Shown here: positions 22,281 through 31,530 of the stretch, piece after piece
Numbering within the stretch: position 1 is the stretch's first letter
Layout of the letters: the number at the start of each line of letters is the position of its first letter
Assembly: GCA_965279375.1 (NCBI GenBank)
Contig: OZ257156.1
Span: 4,640,001-4,704,000, forward strand
Origin: Gemmatimonas sp.
GTDB lineage: Bacteria; Gemmatimonadota; Gemmatimonadetes; Gemmatimonadales; Gemmatimonadaceae
Reading direction: 5' to 3'
DNA length: 64,000 nucleotides
Program-made: the position numbers and the translations under genes
Notes under the pieces: generated by a model
What the model saw: the letters and a program-made list of their open reading frames with translations, nothing else
Databases searched by the model: none
What the model was told of the DNA's origin: nothing

Positions 22281-23113
22281 CGCAGCGTCTCCATGTTGAC
22301 GGGATCCATATCGGCGTAGTCCTGATTCTCTCCACCCATCGCCCAGCAGAACGAGTAGGCGCGGGTGCCACATCCGCAGTGCACACTCCATCCCGGCGAC
22401 AGCGCCACTTCACCGTCGCGCATGACGAGCGATCGCGTCTCGGTCGGCTCGCCCATCAGGTGCATCACCACGGCGTCGGACGGGAGATCGAAGTACAGAT
22501 AGACCTCCGAGCGGCGGTCGTGCGTATGCGCCGGCATGGTGTTCCAGACGCTGCCGGGCGCGAGCACCGTGACCCCCATGACGAGCTGCGCACTGCGCAC
22601 ACCCTTGAGGTGGATGTAGCGACGCACCTGTCGCTTGTTGGCCGTTTCCTGCGCGCCCAGATCCAACACGTCCGCGTCGGCGGGCGTGATGCGTGCCGTG
22701 GGGTAGGCGGCGTGCGCGGGATAGCTGACGAGGTAGAATCGCGCGGGCTCGCCCACGTGGCTGCTGGCGAATACCACGTCCTGTGAGCCCCGGCCGATGT
22801 ACAAGGCTTCGTGCGCCTCAAGCGGATAGGCCATGCCATCCACCGTGACCGTGCCCGCCGCACCGATGTTGAGCACGCCGATCTCGCGACGCTCGCAGAA
22901 GTACTCCGCGCGCAGTGGTGACGGGTTGGGGAGCGTCAGCGGCTCGAGGAGGGGCACCGCCCCGCCGAGTACGACGCGGTCGAGGTCGACAGCGCGGAGC
23001 GAGATAGTTCCTGCAGCGAACAAATCAGACACAACGAAATGCTCGCGCAGTTCGGTCGTGTCCATGCGTCGCACGGCAGCAGCGTGTGGGAGGTAGCGCA
23101 TGGGGGTGGGCAT
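22277..23113 (-). CDS. kduI: 5-dehydro-4-deoxy-D-glucuronate isomerase
   Basis: ERREIGVLNIG, SAQLVMG, WNTMPAHTHDRRSEVYLY, WAMGGENQDY.DMD. Confidence 0.95.
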   Translation of the reverse strand: MPTPMRYLPHAAAVRRMDTTELREHFVVSDLFAAGTISLRAVDLDRVVLGGAVPLLEPLTLPNPSPLRAEYFCERREIGVLNIGAAGTVTVDGMAYPLEAHEALYIGRGSQDVVFASSHVGEPARFYLVSYPAHAAYPTARITPADADVLDLGAQETANKRQVRRYIHLKGVRSAQLVMGVTVLAPGSVWNTMPAHTHDRRSEVYLYFDLPSDAVVMHLMGEPTETRSLVMRDGEVALSPGWSVHCGCGTRAYSFCWAMGGENQDYADMDPVNMETLR

Positions 23114-23239
23114 TGGGTCTTGGCGGGGACGGCGACTGGAAAGCTATCTGCCCGGCGGTCGATCCGCAGCGCTCGCTCTCTTCGACTCGCCTGATGCCGT
23201 CTGGTCGGGTTGGCGTCGTCCGCGCAACTTGCCGCACCC

Positions 23240-24538
23240 ATGCCCGAGCCCCTGCCCAAGCCACCGTCTCCCGCCGAGTCCCCCCTCGAGCGCGTGAGCA
23301 CCACGGCGTCCGACGCGACAGTGTCCGCTTCGACAGCGCCCACCGTCCGCTTTGGCGTGGACCAGCTGTGCGACGAGCCCACGCGGTTTCCGGCGTGGGG
23401 ACGGGTTGGCATGATCACCAACGAGGCGGCCCGGCTGGCGTCGGACTCCGCCGCGCGATCCCGCAGCGCCTTGCTCAGCGCCGGCTTTCCGCTGGTGCGC
23501 CTCTTTGGACCGGAGCACGGCCTGATCGCCACGGCCGACGATGGCGCGGCCGTAGCCGACGGTGTGGATGCGCCGACCGGGATGCCGGTCGTGTCGCTCT
23601 ACGGCGAGCGCATGCGCCCCTCGCCGGACGCGCTCGCGGACCTCGACGCGCTGCTGTTCGATGTGCCCGATGTGGGCGCGCGCTTCTACACCTACACCTG
23701 GACGCTCTACCACGCACTGGCGGCGTGCGCCGACGCGGGGGTACCGCTGGTGGTGCTCGATCGCCCCAATCCGCAGGGCGGGCTCCTCGCCATGGCGGAG
23801 GGGCCGATGCTCGAGGCATCGTGCCGATCGTTTCTTGGCGAGACGCGCATTCCGATCCGGCATCAACTCACACTCGGCGAGCTCGCGCGACTGTGGCAGC
23901 GCGAGGAGTTCCCCACGGCGATACTGCACGTGGTGCCTGTCGAGGGATGGTCGCGCGCGATGCGCTGGCCGGAGACGGGCCTCCCGTGGGTACCGACCTC
24001 TCCGGCGATGCCGTCGTTCGAGAGCGCCTCACTCTACGCCGGCACCTGCCTGCTGGAAGCGACCAACCTGAGCGTCGGCCGCGGCACCGCGTGGCCGTTC
24101 CGGTGGATCGGTGCGCCGTGGCTCGACGCCGATCGCCTGCTCGATGCGTTCGCGCAGCGACAGCGCCTTTCGCCATCGCTCGCGGCCATTGGAGCGACGC
24201 CGCTGCAGGCAGAGCCCACGAGTTCCCTCTACGCTGGCGAGCGTTGCCGCGGAATCCTGTTCGACATGCGTGATGCCGCGCTCGCGCGGCCGGTCGCACT
24301 AGGCGTGCATCTGCTGGCGTCGCTCGCGGCGACGCATCCGATCCAGTTCGCCTGGGCGCGCTATCCCACGGCCGCCAATCCCACCGGAGACCATCACCTC
24401 GCTCGCCTGTTTGGACGCACCGATGCTGAGGCCCTGCTGTCTGCGCAGCCTGTGGACATTGACGAAGCCCGCGTGGACGAGTGGACTCGCGCCGACGCGT
24501 GGGAGTCTCGCGTGACGCCAATCTTGTTGTACGACTAG
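23240..24538 (+). CDS. Exo-beta-N-acetylmuramidase NamZ family (DUF1343)
   Basis: LFGPEHG, SLYG, DVPDVGARFYTY, VLDRPNP, WVPTSP; start uncertain. Confidence 0.88.
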   Translation: MPEPLPKPPSPAESPLERVSTTASDATVSASTAPTVRFGVDQLCDEPTRFPAWGRVGMITNEAARLASDSAARSRSALLSAGFPLVRLFGPEHGLIATADDGAAVADGVDAPTGMPVVSLYGERMRPSPDALADLDALLFDVPDVGARFYTYTWTLYHALAACADAGVPLVVLDRPNPQGGLLAMAEGPMLEASCRSFLGETRIPIRHQLTLGELARLWQREEFPTAILHVVPVEGWSRAMRWPETGLPWVPTSPAMPSFESASLYAGTCLLEATNLSVGRGTAWPFRWIGAPWLDADRLLDAFAQRQRLSPSLAAIGATPLQAEPTSSLYAGERCRGILFDMRDAALARPVALGVHLLASLAATHPIQFAWARYPTAANPTGDHHLARLFGRTDAEALLSAQPVDIDEARVDEWTRADAWESRVTPILLYD

Positions 24539-24573
24539 TTGTACCACCAGTTGCACGACTAACCAGCGATCGC

Positions 24574-25083
24574 ATGACCAACTTGACCATTCGCATCAAG
24601 CGCGGCACCGATGGCGACGTGACGCTCACCTGCGTGCGCGCCAACGGTACCAGCACTTGGCAGCGCCAGACCGGGCCTAGTGCACGCTTCTTTCCGCTTC
24701 ATGACCTCACCCACCTCGCCGTCGAGACTGTGCTTGGCGAGTTGTGTGGCTTCTACGGATTGGTCGCCGCCGGTTGGGAGATCACCGACTTCGGCCACCC
24801 GTGGCCACGCGGGCCGTTGCCTCAGACCGCCGCTGACATGGAGTTGGTGATCGGCTTTCTCGACGCAGAACGCGCCAGTGGCGAGGCGTGGACGGCCGCG
24901 ATGATGCATGAGCGCAGCCGACTGCAGCACGACGCGCGCGGTGCAGCGCCCGCGACAGACGCACACTCCATCTGCATCACCGACGCACAGCTTGGCGCCA
25001 TTCGTCAACGTCGTGCCGAGCTGTTCGCCGAGTGGGAACGGACGCCGCCGGGGGACACGCTGACCGTGGTGTTTCACGTGTAG
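24574..25083 (+). CDS. Hypothetical protein with HDLTH..VE motif
   Basis: Plausible ATG; TLTCVR.NGTSTW, HDLTHLAVE, GFYGLVAAGW. Confidence 0.65.
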   Translation: MTNLTIRIKRGTDGDVTLTCVRANGTSTWQRQTGPSARFFPLHDLTHLAVETVLGELCGFYGLVAAGWEITDFGHPWPRGPLPQTAADMELVIGFLDAERASGEAWTAAMMHERSRLQHDARGAAPATDAHSICITDAQLGAIRQRRAELFAEWERTPPGDTLTVVFHV

Positions 25084-25215
25084 GGCTGCATGCCTGGCCG
25101 GTAGCCGCGTCCTTTGCTGCAACGCGGCGCGATATTGGAGTGCAGCGAACCGCCGCCACGCGATGATCGACGTGCCTGTCGACCGCTTGTCAGACCCCAT
25201 CTGCACTATTCGCCA

Positions 25216-28200
25216 ATGGCCGAAATTCGTCTCTCCGTCGCACTCGATCCCGACACGCTGCTGCGAAATGCCACGCGAGGGCTGTTTCCGTTGCCGACCA
25301 CCACGCACGGCGAGCCTTGGCCCACGCTGCCGGTGTGGCTCGTCTTGCGACAGGGTGGCTTGCGCGACGATGTGCATCGACTGGCCGCTCAAGCGGGGTG
25401 CAGCGGATGGTTTGATCCGCCGGTGTGCCTCTTCGCCGAAGTCGCGCCGCGCTGGGGCGCGTCATCGGTGGCCGCGCTCACGGAGCAGGAGCGTCTCGCA
25501 CTGCTATCGGCGGTGGTGGCGCGTCGAGCGCACGGGATCTTCGATCGCGGCGGCAGTGCCGAAGCGTGGGTGCCAGCCATCGACCGACTGCTTGGCGAAC
25601 TGTTGAGCGAAGGCGTTTCGCCAGAAGCGTTCCGCACTGCGATCTCCTCGCGATCGGATCAGGACGCCTCCGAGCGAGAGCGCGATGAGCGTCTCGCAGG
25701 CGTGTTTGCCGATTGGGTGCAGCTTCTCGATGAACGCGGCCGAGTGGATGGGCGCGATCAGCTGGTTCGTCTCGCCCATGACATCGTGCACGATCCCCAC
25801 GCATTCGCCCAACGGCTCGGCGGGCGACGTGAGTTGCGCATTGTGGGCTTGGCGGACCTGCGTGGTGGGTGGAAGCCTCTGCTCACCGCGCTCCGCGCGT
25901 GCACGAGCGTGGATACGGTCACGCTCTTCGCATCCCACGCACTGCCGTTGCCCGCGTCGCTCGATGCGATCGTTGAGCAGGTCGAGGTTCAGCGCGACAA
26001 TGCGTTAGACGCTGTGTCGTCCCTGCCCCTCTGCGCCGGCGCACAGGTTGCGTTCGTCGAGGCGCCGGACGCCGCGCGCGAGGTCGAGCAGATCGCAGTC
26101 CGCGTGCGTGCGCTTCTCGATTCGCGCTCCGCAACGCCCGATCGGATCGCGGTGGTCACGCGCCAGGCGCGCCCCGGTGTGGACGCACTGGCGGACGCAC
26201 TGGAATCGATGGGAGTTCCGGTGACCGCACGTCGTCGCGCCGCGCTCTCGCAGAGCGGCCCCGCACGAGCACTCCGCGCGCTATTGCATGCAGCGGCAGA
26301 GAACTTCTCGCGCCACGCCGTGTTGGAACTGTCGGAGCAGCCGCTGCTGGCGCTCCGATTTGATGCCGACGTGCTGCAGGCAGCGGCGCAGTCATCGCCA
26401 ATCACCGCTCTCGGTGAGTGGGAGCCTGCCATGCGTCGACTGCTCGCGCGATGCGAAGCGCGCGAAGCGGACTCGGGCGACTGGCGCTCGCAGCGTGGAC
26501 TGCCAGAGACAGCGCGCGTTGCCCGCACGTTGGCGGCCTGGATGGAGTGGCTGCCCGACCTGACGGCTTTGGCAACGGCACGCACGGATGGCGACTGGTT
26601 CGCGTGGGCGATGCAGGTGCTCACCGATGCTCGCTGGGGGGTCACGACACAACTGAACACCGCGCCGGCGGACGACGAGCGCGTACGGCGAGCCGACGTG
26701 CGTGCGCGCGACCAGATACTCGCGCTGTCCAACGAATGGGTGCGTGCCCTCGGCGCTCTCGACGAAACGCTGACGCGAAGCAGCGGGCGCTCCGACGCGG
26801 AAGTGTTTGCCCGTCGACTGGCGCTGGTGCTCGATGCTGACGTCATCACGCAGCCGGAGACCAGCTTTGGCGTAGTGGTGGCAGAAGCCTTGGCGGCAGG
26901 ATGGCGCGCCTTCGATCATGTGTTCGTCGTTGGACTCGTGGCGGGCGAGTTTCCTCGGCGACCGCCTCCCTCTGCGCTCATGTCCGACCGCGATCGTCGC
27001 GCGCTCATGATGCATGGGCTGTCGCTTGACGCGCCGGACAGCTGGCGTGCACGCGAACGCGCGCTCTTCGACGTGCTGTGCGCTGCGCCGCGCCAGCGCT
27101 TGACGCTGTCCTGGTCCTCGATGGACGGCGAAGGACGCGAGGTTGCACGATCGGCGTACGTCGACGACGCCATCGACGCACGACTGGCTGCGCTCGATCT
27201 GTCGAGCGAGAACGAGCTCGAAGCCACGGGCGATCTGGTACGCATTCCCGCGCAACAGGTCCTCACCCCCGGCTTCCCCATCGTCGCGCGCGGGCACGAG
27301 GCAGCCGTTGTGCATGCCTCCGCTGCGGCGACCCACGAGGCCGGTCGCTCGAACGCACCCACTGCGTACAACGGACAGATCGAAGACGCGGCAATGCACG
27401 CGCTACTCGACGCACGCTACGGCGAGGCCTACAACTGGTCGGCGACGCAGCTCGAGGAGCTGGCGAAGTGCGCGTGGTCGTGGTTCGCCAGCCGCGTGCT
27501 GAAACTGGAGCAGCGCGGCGACCTGACGGAACAGATGGAGCCCACTACGCGCGGCAGTCTGTTGCACGACGCGCTGGACCGCTTCTTTGCTGACGCGCGC
27601 AGGCGAACTGGGGCGCCAGCATTTCTGCGAGAGACCGACCGGCCGTGGGCTGAGCCCGCGCTGCGTGACGCGCTCGACTCAGCGTGGTCCACACTGTCCA
27701 GCACCGAGTGGTTGGGTAGCCCCGCGCTGCACGACATCACCCGTGCAGAGCTGGCGGCGCAACTGCAACGATATCTCGACTTCGAGATCGGCTACAACGA
27801 GAAGAGCTACAACAACAAGACGAACGCATCGCGACAGATTCGGATGGGTGCGTTCGCCGGCGAAATGGACTTCGCGAATGTCGCGCTGGGTGCGAATGGC
27901 GTGTCATTTCGTCTGCGCGGTCTGATCGATCGTGTGGACATTGGCGTGGACGATCGCATTCCCGATTCGGAGCAGTACATCGCAGCCATCGATTACAAGA
28001 GCTCCATCGGTTCGGCGCCGGCAGGCGGCAAAGCCAGTGGATGGAAGGACGGCGTGGTGCTTCAGGTGCCGCTGTATGCTCTCGCGCTGCGACAGCTGAG
28101 CATTGGTGGTAGCGTGCGCAGTCTCGCGCGCTTGGAGTATCGCACGCTCAAGCGGCCCAAGGCCGTGCACACGCTCGACTTCGTGACGCTCAAGCTGGTG

Positions 28201-28398
28201 AAGAAGGAGCGCGAACTGCAGGAGGTGCCCGAGGCGGAGGACGCGCTCGCCGGCGCGCTCTCCCATGCGGCAGCAAAGGTGCAGCAGGCGCGAACTGGTG
28301 TGCTTCCTGCGTCGCCGACTGATTCGTGCGGCTGTTCGCCGTACTGCGTGGCGCGTGACATCTGTCGCATTCCCAATGGCCCGAGGGAGGTGCGCTGA
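25216..28398 (+). CDS. addB: AddB/RexB-like helicase-nuclease subunit B (C-terminal PD-(D/E)XK nuclease with Fe-S Cys residues)
   Basis: WSATQLE..AKC, RGSLLH, RGLIDRVD, IDYKS, LQVPLY, terminal C..CSPYC...IC; no intact Walker A seen; TGATG coupled to the helicase. Confidence 0.8.
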   Translation: MAEIRLSVALDPDTLLRNATRGLFPLPTTTHGEPWPTLPVWLVLRQGGLRDDVHRLAAQAGCSGWFDPPVCLFAEVAPRWGASSVAALTEQERLALLSAVVARRAHGIFDRGGSAEAWVPAIDRLLGELLSEGVSPEAFRTAISSRSDQDASERERDERLAGVFADWVQLLDERGRVDGRDQLVRLAHDIVHDPHAFAQRLGGRRELRIVGLADLRGGWKPLLTALRACTSVDTVTLFASHALPLPASLDAIVEQVEVQRDNALDAVSSLPLCAGAQVAFVEAPDAAREVEQIAVRVRALLDSRSATPDRIAVVTRQARPGVDALADALESMGVPVTARRRAALSQSGPARALRALLHAAAENFSRHAVLELSEQPLLALRFDADVLQAAAQSSPITALGEWEPAMRRLLARCEAREADSGDWRSQRGLPETARVARTLAAWMEWLPDLTALATARTDGDWFAWAMQVLTDARWGVTTQLNTAPADDERVRRADVRARDQILALSNEWVRALGALDETLTRSSGRSDAEVFARRLALVLDADVITQPETSFGVVVAEALAAGWRAFDHVFVVGLVAGEFPRRPPPSALMSDRDRRALMMHGLSLDAPDSWRARERALFDVLCAAPRQRLTLSWSSMDGEGREVARSAYVDDAIDARLAALDLSSENELEATGDLVRIPAQQVLTPGFPIVARGHEAAVVHASAAATHEAGRSNAPTAYNGQIEDAAMHALLDARYGEAYNWSATQLEELAKCAWSWFASRVLKLEQRGDLTEQMEPTTRGSLLHDALDRFFADARRRTGAPAFLRETDRPWAEPALRDALDSAWSTLSSTEWLGSPALHDITRAELAAQLQRYLDFEIGYNEKSYNNKTNASRQIRMGAFAGEMDFANVALGANGVSFRLRGLIDRVDIGVDDRIPDSEQYIAAIDYKSSIGSAPAGGKASGWKDGVVLQVPLYALALRQLSIGGSVRSLARLEYRTLKRPKAVHTLDFVTLKLVKKERELQEVPEAEDALAGALSHAAAKVQQARTGVLPASPTDSCGCSPYCVARDICRIPNGPREVR

Positions 28399-31300
28399 TG
28401 AACTCATCTGCGGTTTCTGGCAGCGAGACCACGCGTCACGTCGGACTCCCGCCGCTCACGCTCGCGCAGCGCGAGGTCGCGTTGGCGACGGACGCACGAC
28501 TGCTCGTGGGTGCAGGCGCGGGTTCTGGCAAAACGTCCACCGTGGTGCAAACGCTCTGCTATCTGCTGGGCGGCATCATCACTGATGTGGAAGGCAATCG
28601 CTACACGCATCCGTCGCCACTGCAACTGAGCGACATCGCCGCGATCACCTTCACGAACGAGGCAGCGGCAGACCTCAAGCGAAAGCTGCGCTCGGCGTTG
28701 ATTGCGTGCGGCCTCCGTGAGATGGCCACAGACGTTGACGCTGCTCGCATCGGCACGATCCATGGCTTCTGTGGCGACCTGCTCCGAGAGTTCGCACTGA
28801 GGGCCGGCTTGCCACCTGCGCTTTCGGTGCTCGCGGACGGTGAGACGACGGCGCTGGCGTACGAATGCGCGAGTCGTGCGGTGCAGCATGCTGCCCAAAC
28901 TCAAGGAGTGACGCACTTCGACGTGCTGCTCACCAATCGCACGATCGCCGACGTGACGACGCTCGTGGTGGAAGTCGCGAGCGACAGCGACCGACTGCTG
29001 ACATGGGAGTCGAACGCTGCGAACCTTCGCGCGCACGAACGCGCGCTACTCCACCTCGCGCAGATCGCGCGCGAGTACCGCCAGGAAGAACTGCAGCGCC
29101 TGGGTGCCATGGATTTTGATCGCATGATCGTGGCGGTGCGTGATCTCCTGCGTCGCGACGAACGAGTGCGCCACGCGGTGCAGCGACAGGTGCGACTGCT
29201 CATCGTGGACGAGTTTCAGGACGTGGATCCTGCGCAGCGCGATCTGGCATTCCTGCTCTCCGGACTCGAGTTCTCTGATCCCGACCCATCACGCCTGATG
29301 CTGGTCGGTGACCCGAAGCAGAGCATCTACAAGTTCCGCCGTGCCGACGTGTCGTTGTGGAACGATGTGGCGCGACGTTTTAGTGAATCCAACGCGGGGC
29401 GCCAGCTCGAATTGAGCGACAACTTCCGCAGCCGACGCGGCATTCTGGGGTTGGTGGACGCGGTCGTCGGCGCGCGGCTCGCCGTGCCAGTGAATCTCGA
29501 GGTTGGGCGCCAATCGTTCGAAGTGGACTACCACCCGCTGCGAGCGATGGGCGCCGATGCCGAAGGGGATCGGTGCGTGGAGATCATCGCCGTGCGCGCC
29601 GGCAACGATGGCAAGGCGCGCAATGTCGGGGAGGTGCGCACCGAGGAGGCGGCCGCGGTCGCAGCGCGCATCGCCGAGTTGCATGCAAGCGGCGTCGGGC
29701 ACGGCGAGATGGCGATGTTGTTCTCAGGATTTGGCGCAATCGACATCTATCGAGCGGCGCTTCGCGAACGCGGCATACCCGTGTACATCCTGCGCAGCGA
29801 CGGATTCTGGGAAACGCGCGAAGTGCTGGACTGCCTGCTGGCGTTGCGCGCGATACGTGATACAGCCGACGATGTGGCGCTGATCGGCTTCCTCAAAGGG
29901 CCGTTCGTTGGCCTGCGCGACGATACGCTGATGGCGTTGCGTGCTGCGTTGCACGCGAATGGCCTTTGGGGCGCGCTCGCCGAGAGCGCGGTGGAACCCG
30001 AACTGTGCGACCGCGCTCGTCAGATGCTGCAGCGCTACACGGCACTCCGCGATCGCATCCCCGTCCACGCGCTCCTCGATCGCCTCGTGACGGAGAGCGG
30101 TTTTCTCGCGTACCTCGCGCACGATCCGGATCGGGCAACTCAGGCCATCGCAAACATCCGCAAGCTGATTCGCAAGGCATCAGCGGCCGCCGAACAGTCG
30201 TTGGGTGAGTTCCTGCGCGAGGTCGCGGAGGCGCGCGTGCGGCAGGATCGAGAGGGAGAAGAGCGCCTGTACCGCGAGCGCGCAGATGTGGTCACGATCA
30301 CCACGGTGCACAGCGCGAAGGGGCTCGAGTGGCCGATCGTCTTCTGGTGCGACATCACGCGCGGACCGCGTGAACGCAACGAGCCGCTGCAATGCGGACG
30401 CGCGTTCTTCAGGCTCAAGTCGCTCACGGACGAAGTGGACGACGACGGCGAACCGATCGATACGCGGCACGCCGAACTGTCGCGGTCCATGCGTGAAGAG
30501 GCACTGTCTGAAGCGCTGCGATTGTGGTACGTGGCAGCTACGCGCGCCAAGCGCCTGCTGGTGCTCAGTGGCGTGCCACTCGGCGACAAGATGAAGGGTG
30601 TCGACAACATGGCGGCGGAACTGCGACGGTGCTTTCCGTCACTCGCCACCGACGATCCGTCGCCCGAGATTTCGTACGTGGACGCGCAGCAGGCACCGTT
30701 CACATTGACGGTTCGCGTGGCAGCAGAACGAGGGGTGGCCGATGATGCGAGCGCTGGGGATCCGCTCGCTGAACGTACTCACAGAGTACCGACGATCGCG
30801 CTGCCTCCCGTGCCTGTCGTTGTCGCGCGCGGTCGTTCGCGTCTGTCGGCAACGCAGCTGATGACGGCTGCGCAGGATGCGAGTGTGTGGTGGCGGCGAT
30901 ACGCGTTTGGCTTTGCGCCTGACGAGCAATTTGCAGACGCCAGCGGCGTGTCGGTGATCGCGCGAGGTGTGGTAGTCCACGAAGTCCTCGATCAACTCAC
31001 CGTGCGACGTTACGCCGCCGAACGGTACGATATCGAGGAGCTGGTGGAGTGGGCGATCGAGCGGCACGATCCCGATGCACCAGACGCGAGCTCAGAGGCC
31101 GGTCGTTCCTACCGTGCGCAGATTCGCGCGCTGGTGGAAACCGCCGAGTCGTCGGACGAGTGGCGTACGCTCGCCTCGCTCCCGACGGCGCGCAGCGAAC
31201 TCACGTTCACACGCATACTGCGCGATGGCAGCGTCATTGACGGGGCGCTGGATCTCGTGGCCATGCGTGGCGACGTGGCGCGGATCATCGACGTGAAAAC

Positions 31301-31523
31301 GGGTGCCACGCGCGACGACGATCTACTGGCCGAGCGCTATGCCGTGCAAGCGACCGTGTATCAGGAGGCGGTGCGATCGATCGCGGGAGTCGCGACGTCG
31401 TTCGCGCTGCTCAGCGCACGCGATGGTCGCGTGGTGGAAGTGGACGCCAGTGACGTTTCACTGGCGTCGCTCATTCGGCGGCTACGTGGGACAGACGTGC
31501 GAGGCGTGCCCGCGCTCGACTAG
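28398..31523 (+). CDS. addA: AddA/RexA-like UvrD helicase with C-terminal nuclease
   Basis: AGAGSGKT, ITFTNEAA, TIHGF, VDEFQD, VGDPKQSIYKFR, NFRS, TVHSAKGLE, YVAATRA, IIDVKTG. Confidence 0.88.
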   Translation: MNSSAVSGSETTRHVGLPPLTLAQREVALATDARLLVGAGAGSGKTSTVVQTLCYLLGGIITDVEGNRYTHPSPLQLSDIAAITFTNEAAADLKRKLRSALIACGLREMATDVDAARIGTIHGFCGDLLREFALRAGLPPALSVLADGETTALAYECASRAVQHAAQTQGVTHFDVLLTNRTIADVTTLVVEVASDSDRLLTWESNAANLRAHERALLHLAQIAREYRQEELQRLGAMDFDRMIVAVRDLLRRDERVRHAVQRQVRLLIVDEFQDVDPAQRDLAFLLSGLEFSDPDPSRLMLVGDPKQSIYKFRRADVSLWNDVARRFSESNAGRQLELSDNFRSRRGILGLVDAVVGARLAVPVNLEVGRQSFEVDYHPLRAMGADAEGDRCVEIIAVRAGNDGKARNVGEVRTEEAAAVAARIAELHASGVGHGEMAMLFSGFGAIDIYRAALRERGIPVYILRSDGFWETREVLDCLLALRAIRDTADDVALIGFLKGPFVGLRDDTLMALRAALHANGLWGALAESAVEPELCDRARQMLQRYTALRDRIPVHALLDRLVTESGFLAYLAHDPDRATQAIANIRKLIRKASAAAEQSLGEFLREVAEARVRQDREGEERLYRERADVVTITTVHSAKGLEWPIVFWCDITRGPRERNEPLQCGRAFFRLKSLTDEVDDDGEPIDTRHAELSRSMREEALSEALRLWYVAATRAKRLLVLSGVPLGDKMKGVDNMAAELRRCFPSLATDDPSPEISYVDAQQAPFTLTVRVAAERGVADDASAGDPLAERTHRVPTIALPPVPVVVARGRSRLSATQLMTAAQDASVWWRRYAFGFAPDEQFADASGVSVIARGVVVHEVLDQLTVRRYAAERYDIEELVEWAIERHDPDAPDASSEAGRSYRAQIRALVETAESSDEWRTLASLPTARSELTFTRILRDGSVIDGALDLVAMRGDVARIIDVKTGATRDDDLLAERYAVQATVYQEAVRSIAGVATSFALLSARDGRVVEVDASDVSLASLIRRLRGTDVRGVPALD

Positions 31524-31530
31524 TCGGAGA

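Noticed and set aside
25216..31523. Helicase-nuclease pair as a novel defence system or Cas4
   Set aside because: Size, order and motifs fit housekeeping AddAB; no defence or cas context
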